In this document: piece after piece, positions 17,974-26,696 of the stretch | Position numbering within the stretch: position 1 is the first letter of the stretch | Layout: each line of letters opens with the position of its first letter | Source: Pseudonocardiaceae bacterium | GTDB lineage: Bacteria > Actinomycetota > Actinomycetes > Mycobacteriales > Pseudonocardiaceae | Reading direction: 5' to 3' | Length of the DNA: 64,000 nucleotides | Assembly: GCA_050699595.1 (NCBI GenBank) | Contig: JBOHFI010000028.1 | Coordinates: forward strand, 2,427 to 66,426 | The notes under the pieces: model-generated | Told to the model about the DNA's origin: nothing | Databases searched by the model: none | The model's input: the letters and a program-made list of their open reading frames with translations, nothing else | Translations under genes and position numbers: made by a program

Positions 17974-19275
17974 ATGACCGAGCAGTGGATGTCGTTCGGG
18001 CCGGAGCTGCGGAGACTGCGGGTCGCGGCTGACCTGTCTCTCACCCGATTGGCAGGATTGCTGCACTACAGCAAGGGCCACGTCAGCAAAGTCGAGACGG
18101 GTCTCCAGCGGCCGACGCCGGAGCTGGCCCAGCGCTGCGACACGCTCCTCGGCGCGCAGGGCGCGCTCGCCACGCTGGTTCTTGCTCGGCCCTCCGTGGG
18201 CGGGGCTGGGGAAGCACTGACCAGACCGGTGACCGACGACAGCGAGGTGTGGGCGATGACCGTGGCCCCGGATGGCACGAGCAGGCTTCAGTTGGTGGAC
18301 CGCAGGCGGGTCCTGGCGGCGGGTACGACTTCAGCGCTGAGTTTCGGATTCAGCGATCGCGATGTGGCCGCTGCGGCACGGCAGGTCGCGTCGCTCGAGG
18401 GTTTGCGCGCATTGTTCGACCAGTTCCGCCGGCTCGGCCAGACCGCGAGCCCCGCGGTGGTGCTGCCCGCGCTGATCGCGCAGACGCAGACGGTGCAGGG
18501 CATCGCCGCCCACTCCGATGACCGCACCCGGGGTCCCACGCTCACGCTGGCCGCGCGGTACGCCGAGTATGCGGGCTGGATGTGCCAGGAGGCTGGCAAC
18601 GACGAGGCGGCGCTGTGGTGGACCGACCGGGCCGTGGGCCTGGCGGCCGAGGGTGGGGACCATGACCTGGCGAGCTACGCCCTGGTGCGCCGGGCGCTCA
18701 TGGCGCTCTACCGCAACGACGCCACCGCGACCGTCGGGTTGAGCCGCGGCGCGCAGCGGGGCTCGGTCCCGCCGCGTATCCGCGGGCTGGCCGCGCAGCG
18801 TGAGGCTCAGGGCCATGCCCTCGCTGGTGATCACGACGCCTGTCTGCGCTGCCTGGACCGCGCCCGTGGGCTGCTCGCGCTGGCGCCGTCGGATGCTGCT
18901 GCCCCGGTGCTCGGGTCGACGAATCTCACCGACGCCGTTAACATGATCACTGGCTGGTGTCTGTACGACCTCGGGCGGCCGGGGGAAGCCGCCGAGGTCC
19001 TCGATCGCGAGATCACCCTGCTGCCGCCGCAGGCGCTGCGCTCGCAGGCCCGGTACGGCATCCGCCGGGCGATGGCGCACGCCGCGGCCGGTGAGGTCGA
19101 GCATGCCTGCGAGATCGCCGAGCCGCTGTTGGGTGGGGTCGAGGTGGTCGGCTCGGCCACGATCCGTACCGACGTGCGCCGCCTCGCGAGGACCCTCTCC
19201 CGCTTCGGCACTACTCGATCCGTGCGCGAGCTGTCCCCTCGGCTCGCTGCGGCGTTGCAGAGTCCCGTCACCTGA
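17974..19275 (+). CDS. XRE-family HTH protein with TPR-like C-terminal domain; first gene of the TIR operon
   Basis: ATG 17974 after ggaggtggg. FGPELRRLRVAADLSLTRLAGLLHYSKGHVSKVETG, then about 350 aa of helical repeats. It ends 21 nt before the TIR gene. Confidence 0.8.
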   Translation: MTEQWMSFGPELRRLRVAADLSLTRLAGLLHYSKGHVSKVETGLQRPTPELAQRCDTLLGAQGALATLVLARPSVGGAGEALTRPVTDDSEVWAMTVAPDGTSRLQLVDRRRVLAAGTTSALSFGFSDRDVAAAARQVASLEGLRALFDQFRRLGQTASPAVVLPALIAQTQTVQGIAAHSDDRTRGPTLTLAARYAEYAGWMCQEAGNDEAALWWTDRAVGLAAEGGDHDLASYALVRRALMALYRNDATATVGLSRGAQRGSVPPRIRGLAAQREAQGHALAGDHDACLRCLDRARGLLALAPSDAAAPVLGSTNLTDAVNMITGWCLYDLGRPGEAAEVLDREITLLPPQALRSQARYGIRRAMAHAAAGEVEHACEIAEPLLGGVEVVGSATIRTDVRRLARTLSRFGTTRSVRELSPRLAAALQSPVT

Positions 19276-19296
19276 TCGGAGAAGGAGAGCTGCGGC

Positions 19297-20016
19297 ATGC
19301 ATGACATCTTCATCAACTATCGCAACGGCGACGAGGAGGGCACCGCGATGGCGATCCAGAGGGAGCTGTCTCGTCGGTTCGGCAGTGATCAGGTCTTCTT
19401 CGCCAGCAAGTCGATCGAGCCTGGCGCGAACTACATCTCCGATCTGCTCACCGCCGTCCGCAATAGCATGGTGCTGCTCGCGGTCATCGGCTCCCGCTGG
19501 CTCACCGCGGTCGATAAACAGGGCCGCAAATGCTTGGAGGACGAGAATGACTGGGTCCGCAGGGAGATTCTGGAGGCATTCGAGCACGGCGTGGTAGTCA
19601 TTCCCGTCCTGGTCGGCCACCTCCAGCCGCGACTGGACCGGTCCGACCTTCCTCCGGAGCTGGCCGGGCTTGCTGAACTCCATGCCCCCCGACTGGATAC
19701 CCACAGTTCTGAGCGAGATCTCCGCGAGCTGGGAGACAAGATCGCCAAGCTTGTCCCCTCGCTCGTCGACAGCGACCAGCCCGGGGAGCCTTCCGGACCG
19801 GACGCCGACGGACCGGCCTCGGAGACGTTGCGCGCGGGAGACCATGCCAGCTCGCAGAGCGGCGGCACCAGCACCGTGGTCAGCAACCCCCTCGGCTCGA
19901 TGAATTTCTACAGCGGAAGCCAGATCACCCGCGACGGCGTGAACGTGGCGGGTGGCAACAAGGGGGGCATCCACCAGGGGTTCGGCCCCGTGCGCAAACC
20001 TTCGGACGACCGGTGA
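19297..20016 (+). CDS. TIR-domain protein with low-complexity C-terminal tail
   Basis: MHDIFINYRNGDEEGTAMAIQRELSRRFGSDQVFFASKSIEPGANYISDLLTAVRNSMVLLAVIGSRWL...DWVRREILEAFEHGVVVIPVLV shows the bacterial TIR layout, including the conserved W-x-x-x-E position. RBS gaaggagag. Confidence 0.8.
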   Translation: MHDIFINYRNGDEEGTAMAIQRELSRRFGSDQVFFASKSIEPGANYISDLLTAVRNSMVLLAVIGSRWLTAVDKQGRKCLEDENDWVRREILEAFEHGVVVIPVLVGHLQPRLDRSDLPPELAGLAELHAPRLDTHSSERDLRELGDKIAKLVPSLVDSDQPGEPSGPDADGPASETLRAGDHASSQSGGTSTVVSNPLGSMNFYSGSQITRDGVNVAGGNKGGIHQGFGPVRKPSDDR

Positions 20017-22019
20017 TGGGCGCCGAGCCTGAATCGTTCGTCTCCGACCCCCCGGGGCTGGTGAGCACCGCCACTGGATACCAGGTCAACATCAACGGCC
20101 CCGTGGGCGACCTCGGGTTCCTTCAGGGACTGGTGCGCGCGGGCCGTGATCCGCGGACCGTCTTACTCGAGCACCTGCTGTGGCTGCACCGGCGGTTCGT
20201 CGAGCCGTATCCCTTCGGCACGGCTCGGGAGCTGCTGGCGGAGCACCGGAGCGTCGTGCTGACCGGCGAGCCGGGCAGCGGCCGGCGCGCGGTGGCGCAG
20301 ATGCTCCTGTACCGACTGCCCGGTACGGAGTTCCAGATTCGGGAGCTGCCGGATGGCGACCCAGATCAGCCGGAGCTGGACGCCACGATGGTCGACTCCG
20401 GGCAACGCCTGCTGTTGGATCTGTCCACCAGAGACGAGACGTACTGCGCCGGGGTGCTGGAACAGTTGTCGTCATACCGCCACGCGGTGCGAGATCGCGG
20501 CGCGCACCTGGTCGTCGTGCTCCCGAATAGCCGGAAGCACTATTTCAGTTCGGAACTCGGATCGTCCGTTGTGGACATCATCCGGCCGAACGGTATGGAG
20601 GTCTTCCGACGGTACTTGCGCTGGGATGACGCCACGCGCGATGCGCAACTCGATGTCGGTGAGTTGCTGGAGCTGTTGTGTTCCGAGCCGATGCAGCGAA
20701 TCGCCGAGCTGGCCGGGCTGGTGCGGTTCTTCAAGGAGTCAGAACCCGCGAAGGGGTTTTTGCGCTGGCGTGACAATGCGCTCGCGGCGCTGACCAAGTA
20801 CAGCAACGAGGTTACCGAGCAGGTGAAGGGCCTTGGCTCAGGTCAGCTGCGCGCGCTGCTGCTGACCACCGCGATGTTCAATGGAGCGCATGGGGATGCG
20901 ATCTTTACGTCGACCGCCAGACTGTGTGAGGTCATCGGGCATCCCGCAGATGACAAATCCCGACTGGAGCAAGCGGACCTCGCGGAGCAGGTCGCTGAAA
21001 TCGGAGTGACAATAGACTCTGCCGGACGAGTGTACTTCAAGCGGCTTGCCTACGACCGAGCTGTGCGCACTCATTTCTGGACTAACAATCCCGATCTGCG
21101 GGAAGATTTTCGCAAATGGATCGGGACCACGCTTGGGCACCCGACGCTCAGCAGTGAAGACCGGGACGAGGTGGTCACCCGATTCGCGCAGCAGGCGCTG
21201 CGAACCGACCGACCCGATGACCTGCGGTTCTTGGCTGAACGCTGGGTGAAGCGCACCAACCCCAGCTGGCCTTCACGCTTGCTGCCGCAGGCCGCGAGGG
21301 CTGTGGAGTGTGGTCTGAATGACGAGCGCCACGGCCTCTTCTTCCGACGCCAGCTCTACGCCTGGTCGCGAGATCCCAACCTGCCGCCAGACCTTGCCCA
21401 GGTGGTTGTCCAGGTGTGCTCGGAGGTACTCGTGCTGACCCACCCCGAGCAGGCCTTGGTCCGTCTGCACCACATCGCCCGGCGACACTTAGGTGAGCCC
21501 GGTGAGGCGGCGCGTGCCGCCTTGCTGATGCTCATCGACCGTGACCGTCGTCTGTACCGCCGTCTGCTCGACCGGGTAACCGACGGCCTGATGAAAGGCA
21601 CCGCTCGCGACCCGGCTCTGTTCGTTGAGCTCGCCGCCCCTGACCGGCTCACCCGGACGCCGCCGCTCATCGCGGACGCGGCCGTGCGAGCTCAGCTCAG
21701 TACCGGTTGGACGGCCGTGCTGGGCGGTTCGTCCTCGTCGGAGTGCACTCACCCAGTGCGGACCTGGTTAGCGGCGGCCCGCGAGGATGACTGGTACCGC
21801 GAGTGCTTGCTCACCGTGCTGGTCGAGGCAGGTGAGGGCCGGTTTGAGCTGCTCAGCCGCCTGCATGTCATGGCGCGCGACTGGGCGCACGTACCCGGGG
21901 AGTGCCAGCAGGAGCGGATCAACATCGCCGACCGCCTGGACGAAATGATCGATTCCGCGCTGGGGATCGACTTCACCGAACTCGACCTGCGAGACCGCAC
22001 CGAGGGGACCTCTCCATGA
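20013..22019 (+). CDS. large P-loop-like NTPase-fold protein with degenerate Walker A plus helical C-terminal region
   Basis: GTGATG overlap with the TIR stop codon. VVLTGEPGSGRRAVAQMLL has Lys and Ser/Thr of GxxxxGK[ST] both replaced by Arg. A Walker-B-like RLLLDLS follows, then about 450 aa of helical sequence. Confidence 0.7.
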   Translation: MMGAEPESFVSDPPGLVSTATGYQVNINGPVGDLGFLQGLVRAGRDPRTVLLEHLLWLHRRFVEPYPFGTARELLAEHRSVVLTGEPGSGRRAVAQMLLYRLPGTEFQIRELPDGDPDQPELDATMVDSGQRLLLDLSTRDETYCAGVLEQLSSYRHAVRDRGAHLVVVLPNSRKHYFSSELGSSVVDIIRPNGMEVFRRYLRWDDATRDAQLDVGELLELLCSEPMQRIAELAGLVRFFKESEPAKGFLRWRDNALAALTKYSNEVTEQVKGLGSGQLRALLLTTAMFNGAHGDAIFTSTARLCEVIGHPADDKSRLEQADLAEQVAEIGVTIDSAGRVYFKRLAYDRAVRTHFWTNNPDLREDFRKWIGTTLGHPTLSSEDRDEVVTRFAQQALRTDRPDDLRFLAERWVKRTNPSWPSRLLPQAARAVECGLNDERHGLFFRRQLYAWSRDPNLPPDLAQVVVQVCSEVLVLTHPEQALVRLHHIARRHLGEPGEAARAALLMLIDRDRRLYRRLLDRVTDGLMKGTARDPALFVELAAPDRLTRTPPLIADAAVRAQLSTGWTAVLGGSSSSECTHPVRTWLAAAREDDWYRECLLTVLVEAGEGRFELLSRLHVMARDWAHVPGECQQERINIADRLDEMIDSALGIDFTELDLRDRTEGTSP

Positions 22020-23110
22020 CCACCGAAGAGAAGACCTTGCTAGGCGTGCTCACCACCGCCGGCGTGCTGGTGCCGATCGCGCTCGGCGCCGCGCTCGGTT
22101 GGCCGGCGTGGTCGTGGCTGTTCCTCGCCGTCCCGCTTTTCGGTGCGCTGGGGCTGGCGTTCAGGAGCATCCAGCGCCACGTGCCGCCGGATGAGCGGTT
22201 ACCACCGCAGGCCTCACCACCCAGCCAAGCCGAGCAGCAGCATGAGGCACTGCCAACACCGATAGATGTCCCACTGCCGAGCGTGGTCCCCGACTACGCT
22301 TTTCACTTCTCTGCGGCGGCGTACTGGTGCCCTGTGGAGGGGTCGGCGATCCAGCACGCGGACCCCGGGGAACTCGCGGCCCATGCGATCATCGATCGGG
22401 CGTGGGCGATCACCGTGGTGGAGCAGCCTGGCAACGTCGATATCCTCAAGCATCGGCTGGCCAGCGAGCTCGGCATGGTGCGGCCGGACGGGTCTGGCGG
22501 CGTGGAGGTATGGGCCGACCAAGTCCAGCTCACGCTGTCCGATGCCGCCCGGGAACAACTGCGCAGGGGTTCAGACCTGCGCAAGGACGATGCCCTCTGG
22601 GAGCTCGAACTCGCCCGCGAGCGCCGCAAGCGCAACTACCTCAGCGACGTGCTGAAGAGCCCAGGCAGCGCGGTCACCTGGTTGCTGGTGCGGAAAGAAG
22701 ACGATGTCGAGAAAACCGTGGACCTCATCGACAAGCTGGCCCAGCTCTGCGCCGTGGCCAACCATGCGGAGGTGCCCGCGCTGGTCCCAAACGGCTCATC
22801 CCACAATGGGAGCCTCCCGACCACCTGGTTCCCCTCGGCCGGTCTCGCGGCGACACCGTTCTCCGACGCCAGGCCGGTGGTGAGCAGGGCGGGCGCGCTG
22901 ATGGACTCGCTGGACGTCGTCGGCGACGGGCGTGCCCTGTGCGCGCGCGGCCTCGCGCAGCTGATCAAAAATATCGGAAAGCCGGACGAAGCCCAGGAGA
23001 TCCAGCGGCACTTTGATGCACCCGCGACCGACAGCGAACCGGTGGAGCGTCCCGAGTCGAATGGCAACCTGAGGCCCGACGTGGAGCCGCCCCCACGGGA
23101 GGAACCCTAG
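22016..23110 (+). CDS. membrane protein: two N-terminal TM helices plus a soluble domain of unknown function
   Basis: ATGA overlap with the upstream stop. LLGVLTTAGVLVPIALGAALGWPAWSWLFLAVPLFGALGLAF, then about 300 aa with no recognisable domain and an acidic/Pro-rich tail. Confidence 0.65.
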   Translation: MTTEEKTLLGVLTTAGVLVPIALGAALGWPAWSWLFLAVPLFGALGLAFRSIQRHVPPDERLPPQASPPSQAEQQHEALPTPIDVPLPSVVPDYAFHFSAAAYWCPVEGSAIQHADPGELAAHAIIDRAWAITVVEQPGNVDILKHRLASELGMVRPDGSGGVEVWADQVQLTLSDAAREQLRRGSDLRKDDALWELELARERRKRNYLSDVLKSPGSAVTWLLVRKEDDVEKTVDLIDKLAQLCAVANHAEVPALVPNGSSHNGSLPTTWFPSAGLAATPFSDARPVVSRAGALMDSLDVVGDGRALCARGLAQLIKNIGKPDEAQEIQRHFDAPATDSEPVERPESNGNLRPDVEPPPREEP

Positions 23111-23955
23111 GGTGCTATGCGATTCTGCACGGTCCCGCCGATCACGCCCCAGAATGCCGATCGGGCGTCGCGCCGACCCACCTCGTCGTCTTTCAGCGAT
23201 CGTTTCAGCGCTTCCTCCACCGACGTGAGGAGTTCGATATCCACGGGGCGGGGGATGAGTGGTCGTTTAACGAGCAGGTCCGCGATTTCTGTCTCGGTTG
23301 CCGCACGCAGCCACTCTCGCGCGAAGGCTGCGGCGGCCCCGGAAGCCGAGGTTCCGGGCGCCGATTTGTCCTGCGCTAGGTATTGAGGGCTTTCGGCGAG
23401 TCCAGTCACGACAGGCGAGCGTGGTTTGAACATCGGTTCCGGTTGCGCCTTACTGAGGACGGCAAGGTGGTCGGCATCAAGGACGAGTTCCTCGGACTGA
23501 TTGTGGCCATTACCCTGGCACGCTATGCCGACCAGCACCACACGCACTCCGTAGTCCTGTGCCGCCCGTACTCCCTCGCGGAGGTCCTCGTCGCCGCTCA
23601 GCAGCACCGCATCGCTGATGGCCCGGTGCTGAGCGAGCGTGATGAGATCACGGTAGTTCAGGGCGTCGACTCCCTTCTGCTTGTTCTGGGCGTTGAGGCG
23701 ACCGAGGCGAAGCTTGACGTTGGGTAACCCGGCGACTTCGCGTTGCTCCTGCGTGCGGATCCCGTCGCGGGCGCCGTCGTACCAGTATGTGCGTAGCACA
23801 GGCAACTTGGTCGTCTCCGAGGCCACCTTCTGGAGCAGCTCCACGGCGAGGGACGGCTGGAGCGCCGTGCGTGCGCGGGCAGGACTGCCGCAGCACAGCT
23901 TGCCACCCTCGGCGTAAAGATAACCAGCATCGACCAAGATCGCACAGCGATCCAT
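23107..23955 (-). CDS. NYN-domain (LabA-like, PIN-fold) putative ribonuclease with C-terminal extension
   Basis: MDRCAILVDAGYLY...LRTYWYDG...KQKGVDALNYRDLITLAQHRAISDAVLLSGDEDLREGVRAAQDYGVRVVLVGI matches the NYN acidic-residue pattern. Its stop codon overlaps the stop of 22016..23110. Confidence 0.8.
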   Translation of the reverse strand: MDRCAILVDAGYLYAEGGKLCCGSPARARTALQPSLAVELLQKVASETTKLPVLRTYWYDGARDGIRTQEQREVAGLPNVKLRLGRLNAQNKQKGVDALNYRDLITLAQHRAISDAVLLSGDEDLREGVRAAQDYGVRVVLVGIACQGNGHNQSEELVLDADHLAVLSKAQPEPMFKPRSPVVTGLAESPQYLAQDKSAPGTSASGAAAAFAREWLRAATETEIADLLVKRPLIPRPVDIELLTSVEEALKRSLKDDEVGRRDARSAFWGVIGGTVQNRIAP

Positions 23956-23973
23956 TCACCCTCCACGAACACG

Positions 23974-24001
23974 AAAAAAGGGGCCGCCCGAAGACGGCCC
24001 C
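23974..24001 (-). terminator. intrinsic terminator downstream of the serine-hydrolase gene
   Basis: On the minus strand: GGGGCCG-tcttcggg-CGGCCCC followed by TTTTTT. Confidence 0.6.
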
Positions 24002-24120
24002 GGCCGCTCAACGGAGCGGTCATGCAGACTGCGTGTGTAACGCCTGTTCAGTATTGCGAAGGCAGCTGACGCTCGTCAAACCCGGACGAACGCTACAGCC
24101 CGGACACTACCCGCAGGTGT

Positions 24121-24972
24121 TCACCCATCAAGTCTGTCTCCAGAACATGATCTGGGGTGGGCGGCCAGGTCGGCGAGTACGGCGTCGCTGAAGGGGGGCC
24201 AGGTGTCGCGGGCCCAGGGGCCGAAGTCGCGGTCGGTGAGCGCTACACAGGCGGCGCCGGTTGCGGGGTCCACCCACAGGAACGTGCCGGAGCGTCCGAA
24301 GTGCCCGAAGGTTGACGGGGAGTTCCGGCTCCCCGTCCAGTGTGGGCTTTTGTGACCCCGCAGCTCGAAGCCCAGCCCCCAGTCGTTGGGACGCTGCATG
24401 CCCAAGCCGGGGAGCACCCCGTCCAGTCCCGGGTAGGCCACCTGGGTCGCCTCGGCCAGGATCTGCGGGGCCAGCAGCGTCGGTGCCTGTAGCTCCGCGG
24501 CGAACCGCGCCAGGTCCACGCAGGTGGACACCGCGCCGGCGGCGGCGGAGCCCGTCAGCTGGGACGAGGACATCCCCAGCGGCCCGAACACCCCTTCGGT
24601 CAGGTAGTCCGCGAAGTCGATACCGCAGGATGACGCCACCGCCTCGGCCAAGAGCGCGAACCCGGTGTTGGAGTAGATCCGCTTGGTCCCCGGCGCCGCC
24701 GAGACCTGGTGCGTGTCGAACGTCAGCCCGGAGGCGTGCGCGATCAGGTGGCGCACCGTGGCTCCTGGTGGCCCGGCCGGCTGGTGCCAGTCCAGCGCGC
24801 CCTCCTGCACCGCCAGCAGCACCGCGTAGGCGGTGAGCAGCTTGGTCACCGAGGTGAGCCGGAACGGCTGGTCCTGCGGGCCGTGGCTGCCCACCACGAC
24901 ACCGGAGGCGTCCACCACCGCGACGGCCACCGTGTCGACCGGCCACAGCAGTACGTTGTGCAGACTCTCCAT
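24121..24972 (-). CDS. beta-lactamase-related serine hydrolase (class C/PBP4*-type fold)
   Basis: ORF 24121..25158 trimmed to ATG 24972 (MESLHNV...). S-x-x-K motif in FRLTSVTKLLTAYAVL, plus YSNTGFALL. Confidence 0.8.
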   Translation of the reverse strand: MESLHNVLLWPVDTVAVAVVDASGVVVGSHGPQDQPFRLTSVTKLLTAYAVLLAVQEGALDWHQPAGPPGATVRHLIAHASGLTFDTHQVSAAPGTKRIYSNTGFALLAEAVASSCGIDFADYLTEGVFGPLGMSSSQLTGSAAAGAVSTCVDLARFAAELQAPTLLAPQILAEATQVAYPGLDGVLPGLGMQRPNDWGLGFELRGHKSPHWTGSRNSPSTFGHFGRSGTFLWVDPATGAACVALTDRDFGPWARDTWPPFSDAVLADLAAHPRSCSGDRLDG

Positions 24973-25026
24973 GATCAGCGAAGGTACCGTCGACTCTGTG
25001 GCGTCGTCTGGCGGGAGGTACTGAGC

Positions 25027-26118
25027 GTGCACTCTGATCGGCTGCTTCTCGGACCTGGACCCTCGAACCCCTACCCGGAGGCCATCGAGGCGTTGAGCCG
25101 GCCGGTGCTCGGGCACCTGGACCCGGAGTTCCTCGCCCTGGTGGCCGACACCGCGCACCGACTGCGGACCGTCTTCGGCACCCGCAACCGCCTCACTCTC
25201 CCGGTCAGCGGCACCGGGTCAGCGGGGATGGAGGCCTGCCTGGCCGGCCTCCTGGAGCCGGGGGAGTTGGCCATCGTCGGGGTGAACGGCTACTTCGGCG
25301 AGCGATTGTGCGAGGTGGCGCACCGGGTGGGCGCGCAGGTGCAGGCCGTGCACGCCCCATGGGGGCGGGCCCTGGATCCCGAAGCGCTGCTCGACGCCCA
25401 GCGCCAGGCGCCGCGGGCCCGGCTCGTCGCGGTGGTGCACGCCGAGACCTCCACCGGGGTGCGCAACGAGATCGCCCCGCTGCGCGCATTGCAGGAGACC
25501 GGCACGCTGCTGCTCCTCGACACCGTCACCTCGCTGGGCGGGATCCCGGTCGAGGTGGACGCCTGGGGCGTCGACGCCTGCTACTCGGCGACCCAGAAGT
25601 GCCTGGGCGCGCCGTCGGGAATCGCGCCGGTGACCCTGTCCGACCGGGCAGTGCGGCGGATCCGGGACCGGGAACGGCCGGTCGGTTCGTTCTACCTGGA
25701 CCTGAGCTTGCTGGACGCCTACTACCAGGGCGATCCCCCTCTCTACCACCACACCGCGAGCTCCACGCTGATCTCCTCGGTGCACGCGGGGCTGGGGCGG
25801 CTGCTGGCGGAGGGCCTGCCGGCGGTGTGGGAGCGGCACGCCCGGGTGGGCGAGCGGCTCCAGGAGGCGCTGCCCGAGCACGGTTTCGAGGTCTTCGCCG
25901 AGCCGGGCCACCGCTTACCGCAGCTCACCGCGGCCCGGCTGCCGAAGGGCGTGGTGGACGCCGAGGCCCGCGCAGCGTTACGCGAACACTTCGGCATCGA
26001 AGTCGGCGGCGGCCTAGGCCCCTTGTCCGGCACCGGCTGGCGCATCGGCCTGATGGGCCACAACGCCCGCAACCGCCCCGTCGCCACCCTGTTGTCCGCC
26101 CTCTCCTTCCTGGCCTGA
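25027..26118 (+). CDS. class V aminotransferase (serine-pyruvate / alanine-glyoxylate aminotransferase type)
   Basis: GTG 25027. LLLGPGPSNPYPEAIEALSRPVLGHLDPEF...LPVSGTGSAGMEA...VVHAETSTGV...DTVTSLGG...YSATQKCLGAPSG contains the PLP lysine context. Confidence 0.85.
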   Translation: MHSDRLLLGPGPSNPYPEAIEALSRPVLGHLDPEFLALVADTAHRLRTVFGTRNRLTLPVSGTGSAGMEACLAGLLEPGELAIVGVNGYFGERLCEVAHRVGAQVQAVHAPWGRALDPEALLDAQRQAPRARLVAVVHAETSTGVRNEIAPLRALQETGTLLLLDTVTSLGGIPVEVDAWGVDACYSATQKCLGAPSGIAPVTLSDRAVRRIRDRERPVGSFYLDLSLLDAYYQGDPPLYHHTASSTLISSVHAGLGRLLAEGLPAVWERHARVGERLQEALPEHGFEVFAEPGHRLPQLTAARLPKGVVDAEARAALREHFGIEVGGGLGPLSGTGWRIGLMGHNARNRPVATLLSALSFLA

Positions 26119-26135
26119 AGGCGCGTTCAGCGGGC

Positions 26136-26171
26136 TCAGCGGGGTAAACGAGGTGTTAACAACCCCGCTGA
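26136..26171 (+). terminator. stem-loop after the aminotransferase gene; no U-tract
   Basis: tcagcgggg (26136-26144) pairs with ccccgctga (26163-26171) around an 18-nt loop. Confidence 0.3.
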
Positions 26172-26270
26172 CCGCAGCTGACGGTGTATCAAGCGGGGTT
26201 CGTGCCGCTCTTATCGGGTGAATGTTCACCTGGTTTGTCACTGTTCGTGACTGATGAGTGGGGAATTGTG

Positions 26271-26645
26271 ATGATTGTTCGCAGCCTGTCGACGGTGAAG
26301 ACTGTCGAGTGGGGTAATGGTCTGAGCCGCCGCTTCCTCCTGGAGGCCGACGGACTCGGGTACACGGTGACCGATACGATCGTCCGGGCGGGCACCAGCT
26401 CCTGGATTGAGTATAACAGGCATCTCGAGGCGTGTTACTGCATCGGCGGCCGGGGTGAGGTGATCGATGCCGGCGGTGAGAGGTACGTCATCGAGCCGGG
26501 CACGTTGTATGCCCTCGACAAGCATGAGCCCCACAATCTCGTCGCCTCGGCCGAAGAGGATCTGAGGCTCGTGTGCGTGTTCTCCCCGGCGCTGATCGGA
26601 GAAGAGCGCCACAGCCTGGACCCGGCGCAGTTCTCCCATTACTGA
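26271..26645 (+). CDS. EctC-type cupin (ectoine-synthase family), solitary: no ectA/ectB in the window
   Basis: MIVRSLSTVKTVEWGNGLSRRFLLEADGLGYTVTDTIVRAGT...YNRHLEACYCIGGRGEV...IEPGTLYALDKHEPHNLVA..EDLRLVCVFSPALIGEERH is collinear with EctC over the full 124 aa. Confidence 0.8.
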   Translation: MIVRSLSTVKTVEWGNGLSRRFLLEADGLGYTVTDTIVRAGTSSWIEYNRHLEACYCIGGRGEVIDAGGERYVIEPGTLYALDKHEPHNLVASAEEDLRLVCVFSPALIGEERHSLDPAQFSHY

Positions 26646-26696
26646 TGCGGTCATCTCTCACCGATGCCGGCATCGCGTCCAGTCAGGAGTACGGCA

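Noticed and set aside
18331-19974. 547-aa minus-strand ORF spanning the XRE and TIR genes
   Set aside because: It is an antisense shadow ORF. It crosses an intergenic gap and two sense genes that have recognisable HTH and TIR motifs, RBSs and coupled starts.
24709-25026. N-terminal 106 codons of ORF 24709..26118, and likewise 52657..53022 of ORF 51610..53022
   Set aside because: These extensions overlap genes with clear motifs: the serine hydrolase on the opposite strand and serS on the same strand. Homology-like sequence begins only at the internal GTG/TTG starts.
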